A stretch of 64,000 bases of DNA from contig NC_058374.1 of NCBI RefSeq assembly GCF_018350175.1, forward strand, positions 81,778,001-81,842,000, written 5' to 3'. The DNA comes from Felis catus (Eukaryota). Of this stretch, positions 39,525 through 52,270 are shown in pieces. Every line of letters starts with the position of its first letter. Position 1 is the stretch's first letter. Below the pieces are notes generated by a model that made no database searches, was not told the DNA's origin, and saw only the letters and a program-made list of their open reading frames with translations. A program made the translations under genes and the position numbers.

Positions 39525-39725
39525 AATTTTTTTTAATATAATTAATTGTCAAATTGGCTAACATACAGTGTGTAAAGTGTGCTCTTGATTTTTGGGGTAG
39601 ATTCCCATGGTTCATCGCTTACATACAACACCCAGTGCTCATCCCAACAAGTGCCCTCCTCAATGCCCATCACCCATTTTCCCTTCTCCCACCCTGCCCC
39701 CATCACCCCTCAGTTTGTTCTCTGT
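39525..39725 (-). mobile_element. Felid L1 3' end
   Basis: tacaacacccagtgctcatcccaacaagtgccctcctcaatgccc. Confidence 0.9.
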
Positions 39726-40320
39726 CCTCTTTTAAATAGCAACTAAATATAAGTTCCAAATGATGAATGTAAATGGGATATTACAGACATCTTTTCGGAT
39801 CACTGCACTGAAAAATAAAATGATGCACAGGATGAGGGACATATCACTTATCTTGGACATGAGAAAAGGAATCTGAGGTTTCTAAAATGACGTAGAATTC
39901 TCACCTTCTGTTGTAAGAAGTGAAAATTTTGCACACAGTTGTCTTTTACATCTCTCTACCCTCAGAACCTAAGCTTGACCCCAACACATAGAAAACATCC
40001 CAAAAGTAATCATGGAGTGAATAAATGGTAATGATTATAATCATGACAGGTTTTCTATGTCACCATTCAGTGTAAAAATGTAAAACCTTAAAAAACATGG
40101 CATTTCTTAAGGTATAGAATGATTGAGACCTCAGCCCCAGTCTAAAACATCACAGTGAATTCTTAATATTTTCCCGAAGATTAGAGAAAAGCCCACTTGT
40201 TCACAATTTAAAATCTATTGCCATTGAGAAATTGTTTATCTCTTACACCATTAAATTTCTTCTCCTTGTGAAGTTATGGGTTCTTTTTATAATTTACTTT
40301 TGTGTCTTAACACTGTGTCT

Positions 40321-40545
40321 TTTTTTTTTTTTTTTCAACTTTTTTTTTTTATTTATTTTTGGGACAGAGAGAGACAAAGCATGAACGGGGGAGGGGCAGA
40401 GAGAGAGGGAGACACAGAATCGGAAACAGGCTCCAGGCTCCGAGCCATCAGCCCAGACCCTGACGCGGGGCTCGAACTCACAGACCGTGAGATAGTGACC
40501 TGGCTGAAGTCGGACGCTTAACCGACTGCGCCACCCAGGCGCCCC
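40321..40545 (-). mobile_element. Young felid SINE
   Basis: TSD ttaacactgtgtctt. Confidence 0.95.
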
Positions 40546-40873
40546 TTAACACTGTGTCTTAACACTGAGCAGGTATACTTAAGTTTTAGTTTTGCACAAT
40601 GTGAATATTTTTATAATTTAAATTCTTCTATGTATTTTTTCTGCTCTGATTTCAGGCCACAATCAACAAAATAATCTATTCTAAATTATTTACTAATTTG
40701 GACTATTGTTGAATGCTGGTGTCTGGAGAACACCAATCTCCATGGTACCTTTTGTTTATTTACTCAGCTAATCCCCCTGAGTCCATTGTGAATGGAGCAG
40801 ATAAAATGATAACTAGCCTGAATAACATTACTAAGATCATATCATCTTGCCCACCATACCTGGAAAGACATTC

Positions 40874-40990
40874 CAACTATAACTTCATTTCAACTATAAC
40901 TTATTTCATTCAACTATAACTTATTTCATTCAACTATAACTTATTTCATTTCAACTATAACTTATTTCAACTATAACTTACTTCATTTCA
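40874..40990. repeat. Minisatellite with ~20-bp unit caactataacttatttcatt, 6 copies of the core
   Basis: CAACTATAAC at 40874, 40891, 40911, 40931, 40952 and 40968. Confidence 0.95.
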
Positions 40991-41303
40991 AGTATCAAGA
41001 CAATACTTCTTAAAGTGGCAATAGGTAGGATATCTTGAGAACTCAGATCCTTCGAGAAATCTGGGTTAATGCATAGAAATAAGTTGATGTATGCCCTTTT
41101 TATAAAAATTGCTGAGAAGCTCCCTGAATTATGCTTTATCAATATTTTGAATACTTGGTTACAAGTATAAGATTACAGAGAAGAAACAGATTGCAAAGAC
41201 TTTTGAAAATTCCCAAAATTCTTACATTTGAACAAATTAAATAAGCCATTAGAAATGACAATGACTAAACCAACCATATTTACCATAAAAGTAAGTATGT
41301 CTT

Positions 41304-41475
41304 GCGGCGCCTGGGTGGCTCAGTCGGTTGAGCGTCCGACTTGGTTCAGGTCATGGTCTCATGGTTTGTGAGTTCAAGCCCTGCATCAGGCTTTGTGCTG
41401 GCAGCTCAGAGCCTAGAGCCTGCCTCAGATTCTGTGTCTCCCTTTCTCTCTGCCCTTCCCCCACTCATGCTCTGC

Positions 41476-41519
<44 letters not shown>

Positions 41520-41538
41520 AATAAATAAACATTAAAAA
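41304..41538 (+). mobile_element. CanSINE with long (CT)n
   Basis: TSD aaaagtaagtatgtctt. Confidence 0.94.
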
Positions 41539-42437
41539 AAAAGTAAGTATGTCTTTAGTAGTTTCTTTCAGGAATGCAATTTTGCTTTAATAGGATAAAT
41601 TTATGCTTTATGCAAGTTTTCTCAATTATGCACAATACTATATATGACTAAATTAAACCACACAATTTATATGAAATATATAAATGAAATTTTTAAATTG
41701 CAACAATGTAATAGTTTCATGCAACATTTTTGTTCATTATAATGTAAATATTCAGTGATGGATAAGACTACATATTTTTGTGTTCTTAATCTAAATGTCT
41801 TTTAATAATTATTTTTAATATAATCAATATCAAGATACCATGTAATCATTTTTGTGCAAGATTTGAAACCATTTCATGTGTCTTAAGGCTGAGCAGATAC
41901 ATTTTCTGTTTTAATTTTACACAATGTGAATTTTATACAGTGAGGGTTAGCATCCATCATGTAAAGGCAGAAGACAAAAAAAAAAACAAAAAAACAAAAA
42001 AACATGCATATCTTATGACCACGAGGAGGACAGATGATGGAAAGTAGGAATAATCCCCTCCTAGCAATCAGGTAAAGATTTTAATCTGTTCATTAACACA
42101 CTAAATTAATTGGCTAATCCTCAGAAAATAGCATTCCTTTTGAAAGCTCTGAAATCTCAGAAGGATGTAGAAAACAAAGGAGATATTACAGACTTAGGCT
42201 GTATGGACAATTAAGCATTTTTTAAAATGATCTTAGATGACAGCGCATCTAAAGCTTTTATGGAAAATAAAAACTTTAAACAGGAAAAAATCAAATCCTG
42301 ATAAACATCAAGAGTTGCATTAAAGCCAAAGATGAAAAATAAAAGAAATAAGAAATAATCCTTGCTTCCCAAAAGCGTACCTTTTGTCTCCCTCAAGAAA
42401 ACAATAGGCAATATTATGGAAAAGTGCTAAATGATTT

Positions 42438-42549
42438 TATTTTTTTTTTAAGTTTTATTTATTGAGGTAATCTCTACATCCTACATGGGGTTTGAACTCA
42501 CAACCCCAAATCAAAAGTAACACGCTCCTTTGAGCCAGCCAGGAGCCCC
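42438..42549 (-). mobile_element. Short, old CanSINE
   Basis: ggggtttgaactcacaacccc...gagccagccaggagcccc. Confidence 0.8.
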
Positions 42550-43226
42550 AAAATCATTTTAGAATTTACAAAATTTACAATTTACAATTTACAAAAATAA
42601 AATTAGGACTTAAGAAACAGTAGTGCTTTATGTATCAGAGAGCAGACTCACGATAGGTAGATAGTAAATACAAATATGTTTAAGAATATATTTATAATCT
42701 TAGAAAAGACCACTATGGCAAATTACTAATTAAAACTAGAATGTCTTGTGACACAGACATTGGAATTCGATTGGGACTACCCTCCCATGCATTAAATGTG
42801 TCTGTATACTGTTATCATGGAACATTATTCTACCAGATGGGCAAGTAAGTGGTCTCTGAAGATTGCAAAAGTTTGAATGGGAGAAGACAAATGGTTATTC
42901 AAAATAGAAAAGTTAAAATATATATGATGAAGAAAGTAACAAAAAATACCTTCAAAATTTTGTAGTATGCTGGGAGTAAGCTGAGTTTTATTAGAAAAGG
43001 TTTTCATCTTAGAGGTTTTAATCTTTTTTTCTTGTTTTCAGGTATATACCAAAATATTCAGAAGACAGGGATTTATACTAAGATATGTGAGAATACAATG
43101 AAAGATATATAAGAATAATGAATATATGACATACTAACATTTATTATTATATATTATTATATAATTATTATTATAAATGTCAGTATCATGTTTCTCTAAA
43201 AATATAAGGCAGCAATGACTTAAAAC

Positions 43227-43277
<51 letters not shown>
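43227..43277. repeat. (TTTA)n microsatellite
   Basis: About 12 units. Confidence 0.95.
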
Positions 43278-43278
<1 letters not shown>

Positions 43279-43281
43279 GTT

Positions 43282-43470
43282 GGAATGCCTGGGTGACTCA
43301 GTCGGTTAAGCACCTGACTCTTATTTCAGCTCAGGTCATGATCTCACAGTTCATATAATCAAGCCCCAGGTAAGACTCTGCACTGACAACACGGAGACTG
43401 CTTGGGATTCTCTCTCTCCTTCTGTCTCTGCCCCTTCCTTCCTCTATCTCAAAATAAATAAACATTGTTT
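43282..43470 (+). mobile_element. CanSINE just upstream of the OR6C75 coding exon
   Basis: Degenerate head, CT tract, aataaataaa tail. Confidence 0.9.
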
Positions 43471-43582
43471 AAAAGTGTGTCTATGTGTTTGTGTATGTTT
43501 TTCTTTTCTGGTGTCGAAACTTTTCTCATTTTTTCATCTATTTTACAGCTACACAAAAATATCATTATAAACAAGGAAGATA

Positions 43583-44521
43583 ATGAAAAATTACACCTCA
43601 GTAACAGAATTTATTCTTCTTGGATTGACAAATGACCCACAGTGGCAGGTTGTACTTTTCGTATTTCTTCTTGCTACCTACATGCTAAGTGTGACTGGGA
43701 ACCTGATCATTGTCACCCTCACCCTTTCAGATGCCCACCTGCAGACGCCAATGTATTTCTTCCTTCGAAACTTCTCATTCCTAGAAATATCATTCACGTC
43801 TGTCTGCATTCCCAGATTCCTTGTCACTTTTGTGACAAGGGACAGAACCATTTCCTACAATGGTTGTGTGACTCAGCTATTTTTCTTCATCTTCTTGGGG
43901 GTGACAGAATTTTACCTTCTGGCTGCCATGTCCTATGACCGCTACGTGGCCATCTGCAAGCCTCTCCATTACATGACCATCATGAGCAACAGAGTCTGCA
44001 CCCTTCTTGTCTTTAGCTCGTGGCTTGCAGGATTCCTGATCATCTTTCCACCAATACTGTTGCTTCTACAGTTGGATTTCTGTGCCTCCAATGTAATTGA
44101 TCATTTTATCTGTGACGCTTCTCCAATTCTACAGCTTTCTTGCACAAACACTCGCTTTCTAGAACTCATGGCATTTTTTTTAGCGGTGGTAACACTTATG
44201 GTCACCTTAACGCTAGTTATTCTGTCTTACACATACATCATCCGTACAATTCTGAGAATTCCTTCCACAAGTCAAAGGAAGAAAGCCTTTTCCACTTGCT
44301 CCTCCCACATGATAGTGGTCTCCCTCTCTTATGGAAGCTGCATTTTCATGTACATTAAGCGTTCTGCAAGGGAAAGGGTGACTTTAAGCAAAGGAGTAGC
44401 TGTGCTCAATACCTCAGTGGCTCCTCTCTTAAATCCTTTCATATATACACTAAGGAATCAGCAGGTGAAGCAAGCCTTTAAGAATGTGGTCCAGAGAATG
44501 GCCTTTTACTCAAATAAATGA
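43583..44521 (+). CDS. OR6C75: Olfactory receptor 6C75-like, intact, 312 aa
   Basis: [38 protein letters not shown] and [10 protein letters not shown] match recalled human OR6C75; acceptor ttttacag ending at 43548. Confidence 0.97.
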   Translation: MKNYTSVTEFILLGLTNDPQWQVVLFVFLLATYMLSVTGNLIIVTLTLSDAHLQTPMYFFLRNFSFLEISFTSVCIPRFLVTFVTRDRTISYNGCVTQLFFFIFLGVTEFYLLAAMSYDRYVAICKPLHYMTIMSNRVCTLLVFSSWLAGFLIIFPPILLLLQLDFCASNVIDHFICDASPILQLSCTNTRFLELMAFFLAVVTLMVTLTLVILSYTYIIRTILRIPSTSQRKKAFSTCSSHMIVVSLSYGSCIFMYIKRSARERVTLSKGVAVLNTSVAPLLNPFIYTLRNQQVKQAFKNVVQRMAFYSNK

Positions 44522-45147
44522 ATGTTATTATGAAAAAAGTATACCCTTAAAAGTAAAGCTGAATGAAGAACTCTCTGCCTTTCTCTACATAAATTCTTCA
44601 AACACCTCAATTCATTCTTTCAGTTAGACATATGTATATAAACAACGCCTCTTTTTCTTACTAGCCTAAAAACCAGGTCTTAACTGGCTTTCTGTATAGA
44701 AAATAGTCAATCTTATCCTGTGTAACTCAAATTCATGTGTCAATAATCTCCATTGTTTCTCATATCAAAGCAAAGCAGCTTAAACATTCATAGAAAAGAT
44801 ACATATTGCTATACTATAAGAAGCTACTAAAAACCACAAGCACTATGAAATGTATTTTATGAGAAATAATAATATGTATCAATTAATATTTCTTAAATTT
44901 CTACTTCTGTGTCATCAATAAAACGTTTAAAATTAAAAGGATTATTAAAATATCTCCATGAGTTTATCAATAAAATGTAATTAAAACATGCTGAAAAATC
45001 AAATAGAAATTTAAGATCAAATCCGCTGTCAGCCTTATCTTTGCCATTTGAAATGAGATGGTATCTATTTTATATTAGTTTTTGTAGGAAAATATAGAAG
45101 TTTCAGTACAAGACATGAAATTTACCTTTTTCTTCCACTGATATGTT

Positions 45148-45366
45148 TTTTGTTGTTTTTGTTTTTTTTTTGGGGGGGGGGGGGACAGAGAGAGACAGAG
45201 CATGAACGGGGGAGGGGCAGAGAGAGAGGGAGACACAGAATCGGAAACAGGCTCCAGGCTCCGAGCCATCAGCCCAGAGCCTGACGCGGGGCTCGAACTC
45301 CCGGACCGCGAGATCGTGACCTGGCTGAAGTCGGACGCTTAACCGACTGCGCCACCCAGGCGCCCC
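45148..45366 (-). mobile_element. Young felid SINE
   Basis: TSD tccactgatatgtt. Confidence 0.95.
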
Positions 45367-46256
45367 ATCCACTGATATGTTCTTAAAAGAAAATAGATTA
45401 ACTGAAGAATTCCCTATCTGCCAATCATATTTGAAAGGGAAAAGCATGGTATATAAAGGTAAATTAAGCTATCCTGATAAATGTCATATTTATATTCAAA
45501 CTCTTTCAACTGATACAAAAATGGTCTTTCCTCCTGATATGAAACAACAAATTCATAATCTGGAATGATAGGACATATAGACTCCAAAGAGTTTCTTGGA
45601 AATGAGGATACATGACTTATTTATGCCTTAGTTTTCCTTTATTAGCAAATCTACACACTGTGTTTATCTGTCCTTTGCCTCTTTTACAGCATGTTCTACC
45701 TCCCTCAATAATATCCAAGAAAACGACTCTGACAACTTCAGAATTGGAAAAAAATGTGTCCAAGCCTGGCTCCTACAGTTAATATCCCCTTTGGCACCTA
45801 TGTATCACTAAGAAAACTGGTTGTCTTAAGACAGCAGTTGTGAATATAACTAGATACTAGGTAAGTGGATTTGACTGGTTTCTTGATTTCCAGCTTGGTC
45901 TGATACATAGGTTAATGTAAAGAGCTGTACATAGTTTCTAACTCCCAGACAGAAATACCCTTTCTTGTATCTCATAGACAAGAGTGTCTGTGAACACTGA
46001 CTTATTTCTTACCATTGTCCTTTCATGGAATGGGTTACATTTTTTTAAAAAAGGATTCAACATAATATTACCACAAAATGAAAATTAATTTATCATTTTA
46101 TTCAATTATAAATTCCATATTGGGGCAATTTGTAAGAAATGAAATTATATAGGTTTACTTTTGTAAGAAAATAACAAGTAAGCTGAAATGCAAAAGCAAG
46201 AACTTATCAAACTCAATACCCAAAAAACAAATAATCCAGTTAAGAAATGGGTAGAA

Positions 46257-46510
46257 GGGGTGCCTGGGTGGCTCAGTTGTTTAAGCATCTGACTTCAGCT
46301 CAGCTCATGATCTCATGGTCCGATCCATGGGTTTGAGCCCTGAATCAGGCTCTGTGTTGACAGCTCAGAGCCTGGAGCCGGCTTCAGATTCTGTCTGTCT
46401 GTCTGTCTGTCCCTCTCTCTCTCTCTGCCCCTCCCCTACTCACACTCTCTCTGTCTGCCTCTCTCTCCCTCTCTCAAAAATAAACATTAAAAAAATAAAA
46501 GATAAAACAA
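46257..46510 (+). mobile_element. CanSINE in L1
   Basis: TSD aagaaatggg(t/c)agaa. Confidence 0.93.
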
Positions 46511-46920
46511 AAGAAATGGGCAGAAAACATGAATAGACATTTTTCCAAGCATCCAGATGGTTAACAGACACATGAAAAGATGTTCAACATCACTCATCAT
46601 CAGGCAAATACAAACCAAAACCACAATGAGATACCACATCACACTTGTCAGAATAGCTAAAATTGACAACTCAGGAAACAACAGATGTTGATGAGGGTAT
46701 GGAGAAAGGGGAACACTTTTGCACTGTTGGTGTAGATGTAAACTACTGCAGCCACTCTGTAAAATAGTATGGAGGTTCCTCAAAAAGCTAAAAATAAAAC
46801 AACCCTACAACCCTACAACCCAGCAAGTGTACTACTAGGTATTTACCTAAAGGATGCAAAAACACTGATTTGAAGGGGTACATGCACCCTGATGTTTATA
46901 GCAGCATTATCAACAAGAGC

Positions 46921-47079
46921 NNNNNNNNNNNNNNNNNNNNNNNNNNNNNNNNNNNNNNNNNNNNNNNNNNNNNNNNNNNNNNNNNNNNNNNNNNNNNNNN
47001 NNNNNNNNNNNNNNNNNNNNNNNNNNNNNNNNNNNNNNNNNNNNNNNNNNNNNNNNNNNNNNNNNNNNNNNNNNNNNNN
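46921..47079. other. Assembly gap
   Basis: N run. Confidence 1.
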
Positions 47080-48281
47080 AGAATAAAATCTTGCCATTGC
47101 AATGACATGGATAGAACTAGAGTGTATAATGTTAAGTGAAATAAGTCAGTCAGAGAAAGACAAATACAATATGCTTTCATTCATATGTGGAATTTAAGAA
47201 ACAAAACATGAACATAGAAAAAAACAGAGAAGGAAGCAAACCATAAAAGACTCTTAATAACAGAGAACAAACTGAGAGTTGACGGAGGGAGGTTGGTGGT
47301 GTGATGGGCTAAATGGGTGATGGGTATTAAGGAGGCCACTTATGATGAGCATTGAGTGTTATATGTAAGTGATAAATCACTAAATTCTACTCCTGAAACC
47401 AATATTACACTGTATTTAACTTAAATTTAAATAAAAACATTTAAATTATAAAACTGATTATATATATATATGCGTGTATACAAACAACATGAAAATGTTA
47501 ACTAAATGAATATATACTATACATATGGTATATATAATAGGTATGTAGGTAGACATAAGAAAGAGAGGAACAAAAATAAGAGGGAAGGGAAAGGTGATCC
47601 TCTTGATTGACAGAAACTTCTCTGGAAAAAGTTGATTCTAGTATTCACATTGTTCATAAGCGTAAGGTGAAATATTATTGTAAAGTATTATGAAATAATG
47701 AAATTTTTATTGCAAATGTGATGGTTGGTGAGAAATGTATCAGATATAGTTATGTTTTAGAGGCTTTCAAAAGTATTAAGTTCATATTATTTTTCACACT
47801 AATATTTCTAAAACGCCTTCCCTTTAACGACAAGGGAAATTACATGTATGTAATGATCACACAAACACACTTGTGCCATAACCTTTTTTAAAATCAAATC
47901 ACAGTTACTGTCACTTTACTGTTTTGTGGTTATTGAAAACATAAGAAATCATTTATTTTCATTGGTGAATTATCATCCTAAAAGTTGATTCTATGAAACA
48001 AAAAGTGGGAGCTTAGAATAAAAATTTCTTAATAGCATTGCAAATTGGAATTTCATTGACTCCTATTCCCATGAAGCATTCCTCAAGCTCTAGAGATTAC
48101 AAAATACTCTCCAAAAAGTATTAACCATTCACGGGCCATTGAATCTCTTGGGATCTTAATACCAAGTGATGATTGGCTAAAGAAAAAGTAATCACTAAAA
48201 CTTACAGATCACAAAATCTAAGAAAGAATCACACAATCAGACAATTTTGGAAAAGCCTTCATTTTGTCTCATAAATGCTCA

Positions 48282-48488
48282 GGGGTGCCTGGGTGGCTCA
48301 TTCAGTTGAGCGTCAGACTTTGGCTCAGGTGATTATCTTGCAGTTTATAAGTTGGAGCCCCTTGTAGGGCTCTGTGCTGACAGCTCAGAGCCTGGAACCT
48401 ACTTCAGATTCTGTCTCCCTCTCTCTCTGCCCCTCCCCTGCTCGCACTGTCTCTCAAAAATAAATAAACATTAAAAAAAAAATTTTTT
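48282..48488 (+). mobile_element. CanSINE
   Basis: TSD aatgctcag. Confidence 0.92.
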
Positions 48489-49167
48489 AATGCTCAGAAG
48501 GAAAAGTGAGCTAATGAATAGATAATTAGAATAGAAAAGGAAGAAATCAGTTATTTTGTACCTTCCACAACATTTCTGCATTGATCTTAACCAGGCTGCC
48601 TGTACTTAAATTCCTCTAAGTACTAATACAGTAAATGTGATAACATTTTTCTAAGGCATTCCATTTATGTTTTCTATAAAAGGCAAACTACATATTCCTT
48701 TTTTTAGAAGCAACTTTATAACTCAGGAGAGGTGTGATATTTTCCAGTTCTCTAGAACTACTTTTTATATTTTCCATTTGCTTTCATAAATATTCAGCTA
48801 TTTTTTTTTATCTCTAATACATGCAATGCGCTAAGGGAAACTTTTCAATTCAATCTTTTAAGAATTCTATCTTAAATCCCTCCTTAAACTGAAGTCATTA
48901 ATAAAGTTCACGAGGAGAGGTAGAAATGGGTGAAAAGGCAGAGGAGGAAGAGCCTAAGAGCACAGAAAGAATATCAAGTTTTGCAGTAAATAAAGTTTGA
49001 GTTGGATGCACAAATGAAATTATTTACCATTTAAAATAACATTCAGAGAATATCAGATAAATCATGGTCTTCTTCCCCCTTTATGTGACCAAACATTCTA
49101 TTTGGCAAATTCCACATGAAAAGAATTATTATTAGAAACTATACATTAGTTAAGAATTAACTTTCCT

Positions 49168-49365
49168 GGGGAGTGCCTTTGGTGGCTCAGTCGGTTAAGC
49201 CTCTGGCTCTTGCTTTTGGCTCAGGTCATAATCTCATGAATTTGAGCTCTATGTCAGGCTCTGTGCTGACAGTGCAGAGGCTGCTTGAGATTCTTTCTTT
49301 CCCTCTCTCTCTGCCCCACCCCCTCTCAAACTTAAATAAATAAACAAATATTTTTTAAAAATAAA
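49168..49365 (+). mobile_element. Older CanSINE
   Basis: Degenerate head and tail. Confidence 0.85.
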
Positions 49366-49706
49366 TATGGATGACATAGTCTGAATGACACTGCATCTCA
49401 AAATTAATGGAAAAAAGGGAAGGGAGAAGGAGCTATCAAGGAACAAGAGCCTTTCTCCAGGAATGTTCCATTCCTTCCTTATGTTGCTCCTTCCCAATTA
49501 TATAAATATTGAGCAAAGAATTAATCTCTTACCTAATGAAAAAGAGTCTTTCTGTACACTCATCAAAATCAGTGACATCTAGAATCCACATACAAATTAC
49601 ACGATCTGAGTACATCATAAGCCTTGGAACAATATTATGTAGTCAATTCCATTACTATATAAGGGAGAGTATTACTCATGCAACAGCATTTTAAAGTTTT
49701 ATTCTT

Positions 49707-49956
49707 GGGGCGCCTGGGTGGCGCAGTCGGTTAAGCGTCCGACTTCAGCCAGGTCACGATCTCGCAGTCCGGCAGTTCGAGCCCCGCGTCAGGCTCTGGG
49801 CTGATGGCTCAGAGCCTGGAGCCTGTTTCCGATTCTGTGTCTCCCTCTCTCTCTGCCCCTCCCCCGTTCATGCTCTGTCTCTCTCTGTCCCAAAAATAAA
49901 TAAATGTTGAAAAAACATTTTTTTTAATAAAAAAATTAAAAAAATAAATAAATAAA
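49707..49956 (+). mobile_element. Young felid SINE
   Basis: TSD taaagttttattctt. Confidence 0.95.
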
Positions 49957-50849
49957 TAAAGTTTTATTCTTAGTTTGATAGCAATAACCAAGAAAACTTT
50001 AGGCTAAAGCATGAGGTACTAATCCATACTCTACATTGATATCAGTCACAATAATTTTCATGCATTGAATGAAAGCAGAAAGTTTCTACAATTATTTGAT
50101 CACTGCATATGTATTATCACATTTCATTCTCACAGGCATCTTATCATCATCGTTGTATTTCAGGTAAGTAAAATCAGCCTTGCCTGTCATGTTCCCTCTC
50201 CTCCAACCACAAACCTCATGGTATTATTATGTTTCCATGACCATACAATATTGCAAAGGTTTTGAGGGGACAGGAACTCATGGAGAATTAAATTCCAACA
50301 GATGTCAAGTTCACAAATGGAAGCGCTGGGTCTGAAAGTCAGCTTTCTATATACAAAAGATGTACTCACACTCATAAGTGAAAAACAGTAACTTTATAAT
50401 TTTTAATCAAACAGATCTAAAAATAATTTGAAAATAAACCATATGACCCATTGCAGAGTTTAATTTAACATTTGACATTTTTATCATAAACATAAACAGA
50501 TCCAAAATTAAATAATCTAGGTATGATGAAAATATTGAGATTTTAAGATTAAACCCTTACATTACCATCTGGTTTGTATTTATTGTCAAATGTATCCTAT
50601 GTAGAGAAATACATAGGAAGTTAATGATGTTCATTTAAAATGATACCTAAAAAACATGCATACTTCCACTTCCCAGGCTAACATACCAAACACCATATTA
50701 ACATAGAACCCCCCCAACTTTTCTGTCCTCCAAAATACAGATTTCAAAAGACACGTCGACTGTACTGACACTGCTTTGCTTTTCACACTACCAAAATTAA
50801 CTCTTTATATTTTTCTTTCCTGGGTTTTGGTCAGGTTTTAGAGAATTAA

Positions 50850-51660
50850 AAATTACAAACAGTAAATTTCAGCTGCATGCTTTTATAAAATTTGACAGAT
50901 GTATGCAGTTGTGTATCCACAAGCACAGTTGAAATAAATATATTTTGAAAAAATATCCAAAATATTTTCTTGTGTACTTTAGCAGCCAATCCCTACATCT
51001 TACTCACAGCTCTTCAAGAATCCACTGATCCATTGTCCTATGGTTTTGTTTATTTTGTATTGTCATAGAAAATGAATCATATAGTATGTACCTTTTAAGT
51101 GTTCCTTTTTCACCTCATAAAATGCTTTTGAGATTCATCTATGTATGAATATATATATATGATTTGCATATATCATTAGCTTATTCCTTGTATGAATACA
51201 TGGATTCACCAGTTGATGGAAATTATAAAGTTTCAGGTTTCATATTTAGGTAGATCTGTTTTGAGGTTTTTGTATAATAAAATATATATGCTGTGGTTCA
51301 GATTTTGTTTATGGAAGTCCAATTTTTCCAGCACCATTTGCTGAAAAATAATGTGTTGTCATTGAATCTTTGGGGCACCTAAAATATATATATTTCATAT
51401 AATCACATTAGAAATAATGATTTAATAATTTTATTATATAAAAATTCACAAAAGTAAATATAAATAAAATCATGTCTAGTACTCTTATTTCTGACATTCT
51501 AATACATGCATTAAATCTTTAAGTCTTAAAGGATATATTAAAATTTAAATATTGCATATTTCCCAGTTTTGTTCTTCTTTTTCAAAGTTATTTGGAGTAT
51601 TTTAGGTTTTTTAGCTTTCAATGGAAATTTTAGATTAGGCTTGTAATTTCAACAACCACC
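50850..51660 (-). mobile_element. Ancient L1 3' region, antisense; resumes at about 55741-55850
   Basis: ccagcaccatttgctgaaaa and gttttgttcttctttttcaa...ttttagattaggcttgtaattt. Confidence 0.65.
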
Positions 51661-52054
51661 ACCACAAAGACTTTCAGTTTCAGCTTGAGGTGTAAAGAAC
51701 TTGGAGTTCCCATTCTTAGAACATAAAATGCTAAACAAACTGAAATTGATGACTTGTCTTTGACCATTCAGAGAACTGAGGTCACAGGATAAACTGCCAC
51801 CCTGCAAACTGAAGAGAGGAACAAATTCAGAGTCATGGCTAAGATCCGCTTACCTGGAACACAACTGCTAGAGCCATTAAATGGTAGGAATTCTTAAACG
51901 GTAAGTTTTACAAATTGCTAGGGGCCTAGTATAGACTAGAATCAGAGAATTCTGAATGACCTGACACTTACATGGAAGTTACCTCCAGGGGTAACTTTTT
52001 GTTTTGGGAAAAACAAAGAAAATCCCTTCATGCTAAAGGAAATGTAACCAATCT

Positions 52055-52255
52055 ATTTTTTTAATGTTTATTTATTTTTGAGAGATAGAGTGTGATCAAG
52101 GGAGGGGCAGAGAGAGAGAGGGAGACACAGAATGTGAAGCAGTCTTCAGTCTGAGCTGTCAGCACAGACCCCAGGCTTAAATTCATGAGCTGTAAGATCA
52201 TGCATGACCTGAGCTGAAGTCAGATGCTTAACTGACTGAGCCACCCAGGTGCCTC
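52055..52255 (-). mobile_element. CanSINE (first of tandem pair)
   Basis: Flanked by gtaacca-containing repeats. Confidence 0.9.
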
Positions 52256-52270
52256 AGAAAGTAACCATTT

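Larger units (their letters stand above)
46195..47450 (+). mobile_element. Carnivore L1, ORF2 C-terminal region and 3' UTR
   Basis: [12 protein letters not shown]...TTMRYH-like and MFIAAL; L1 3' terminus near 47430; contains a gap and a SINE. Confidence 0.92.

Noticed and set aside
40874-40990. Repeat-spacer pattern resembling a CRISPR array
   Set aside because: Mammalian DNA; the spacers are 6-11 nt variants of one sequence, so this is a minisatellite.
7602-45184. G homopolymers (about 7602, 35245, 38809 and 45172) as functional G-quadruplexes
   Set aside because: All lie within repeat relics and look like slippage expansions or error-prone runs.
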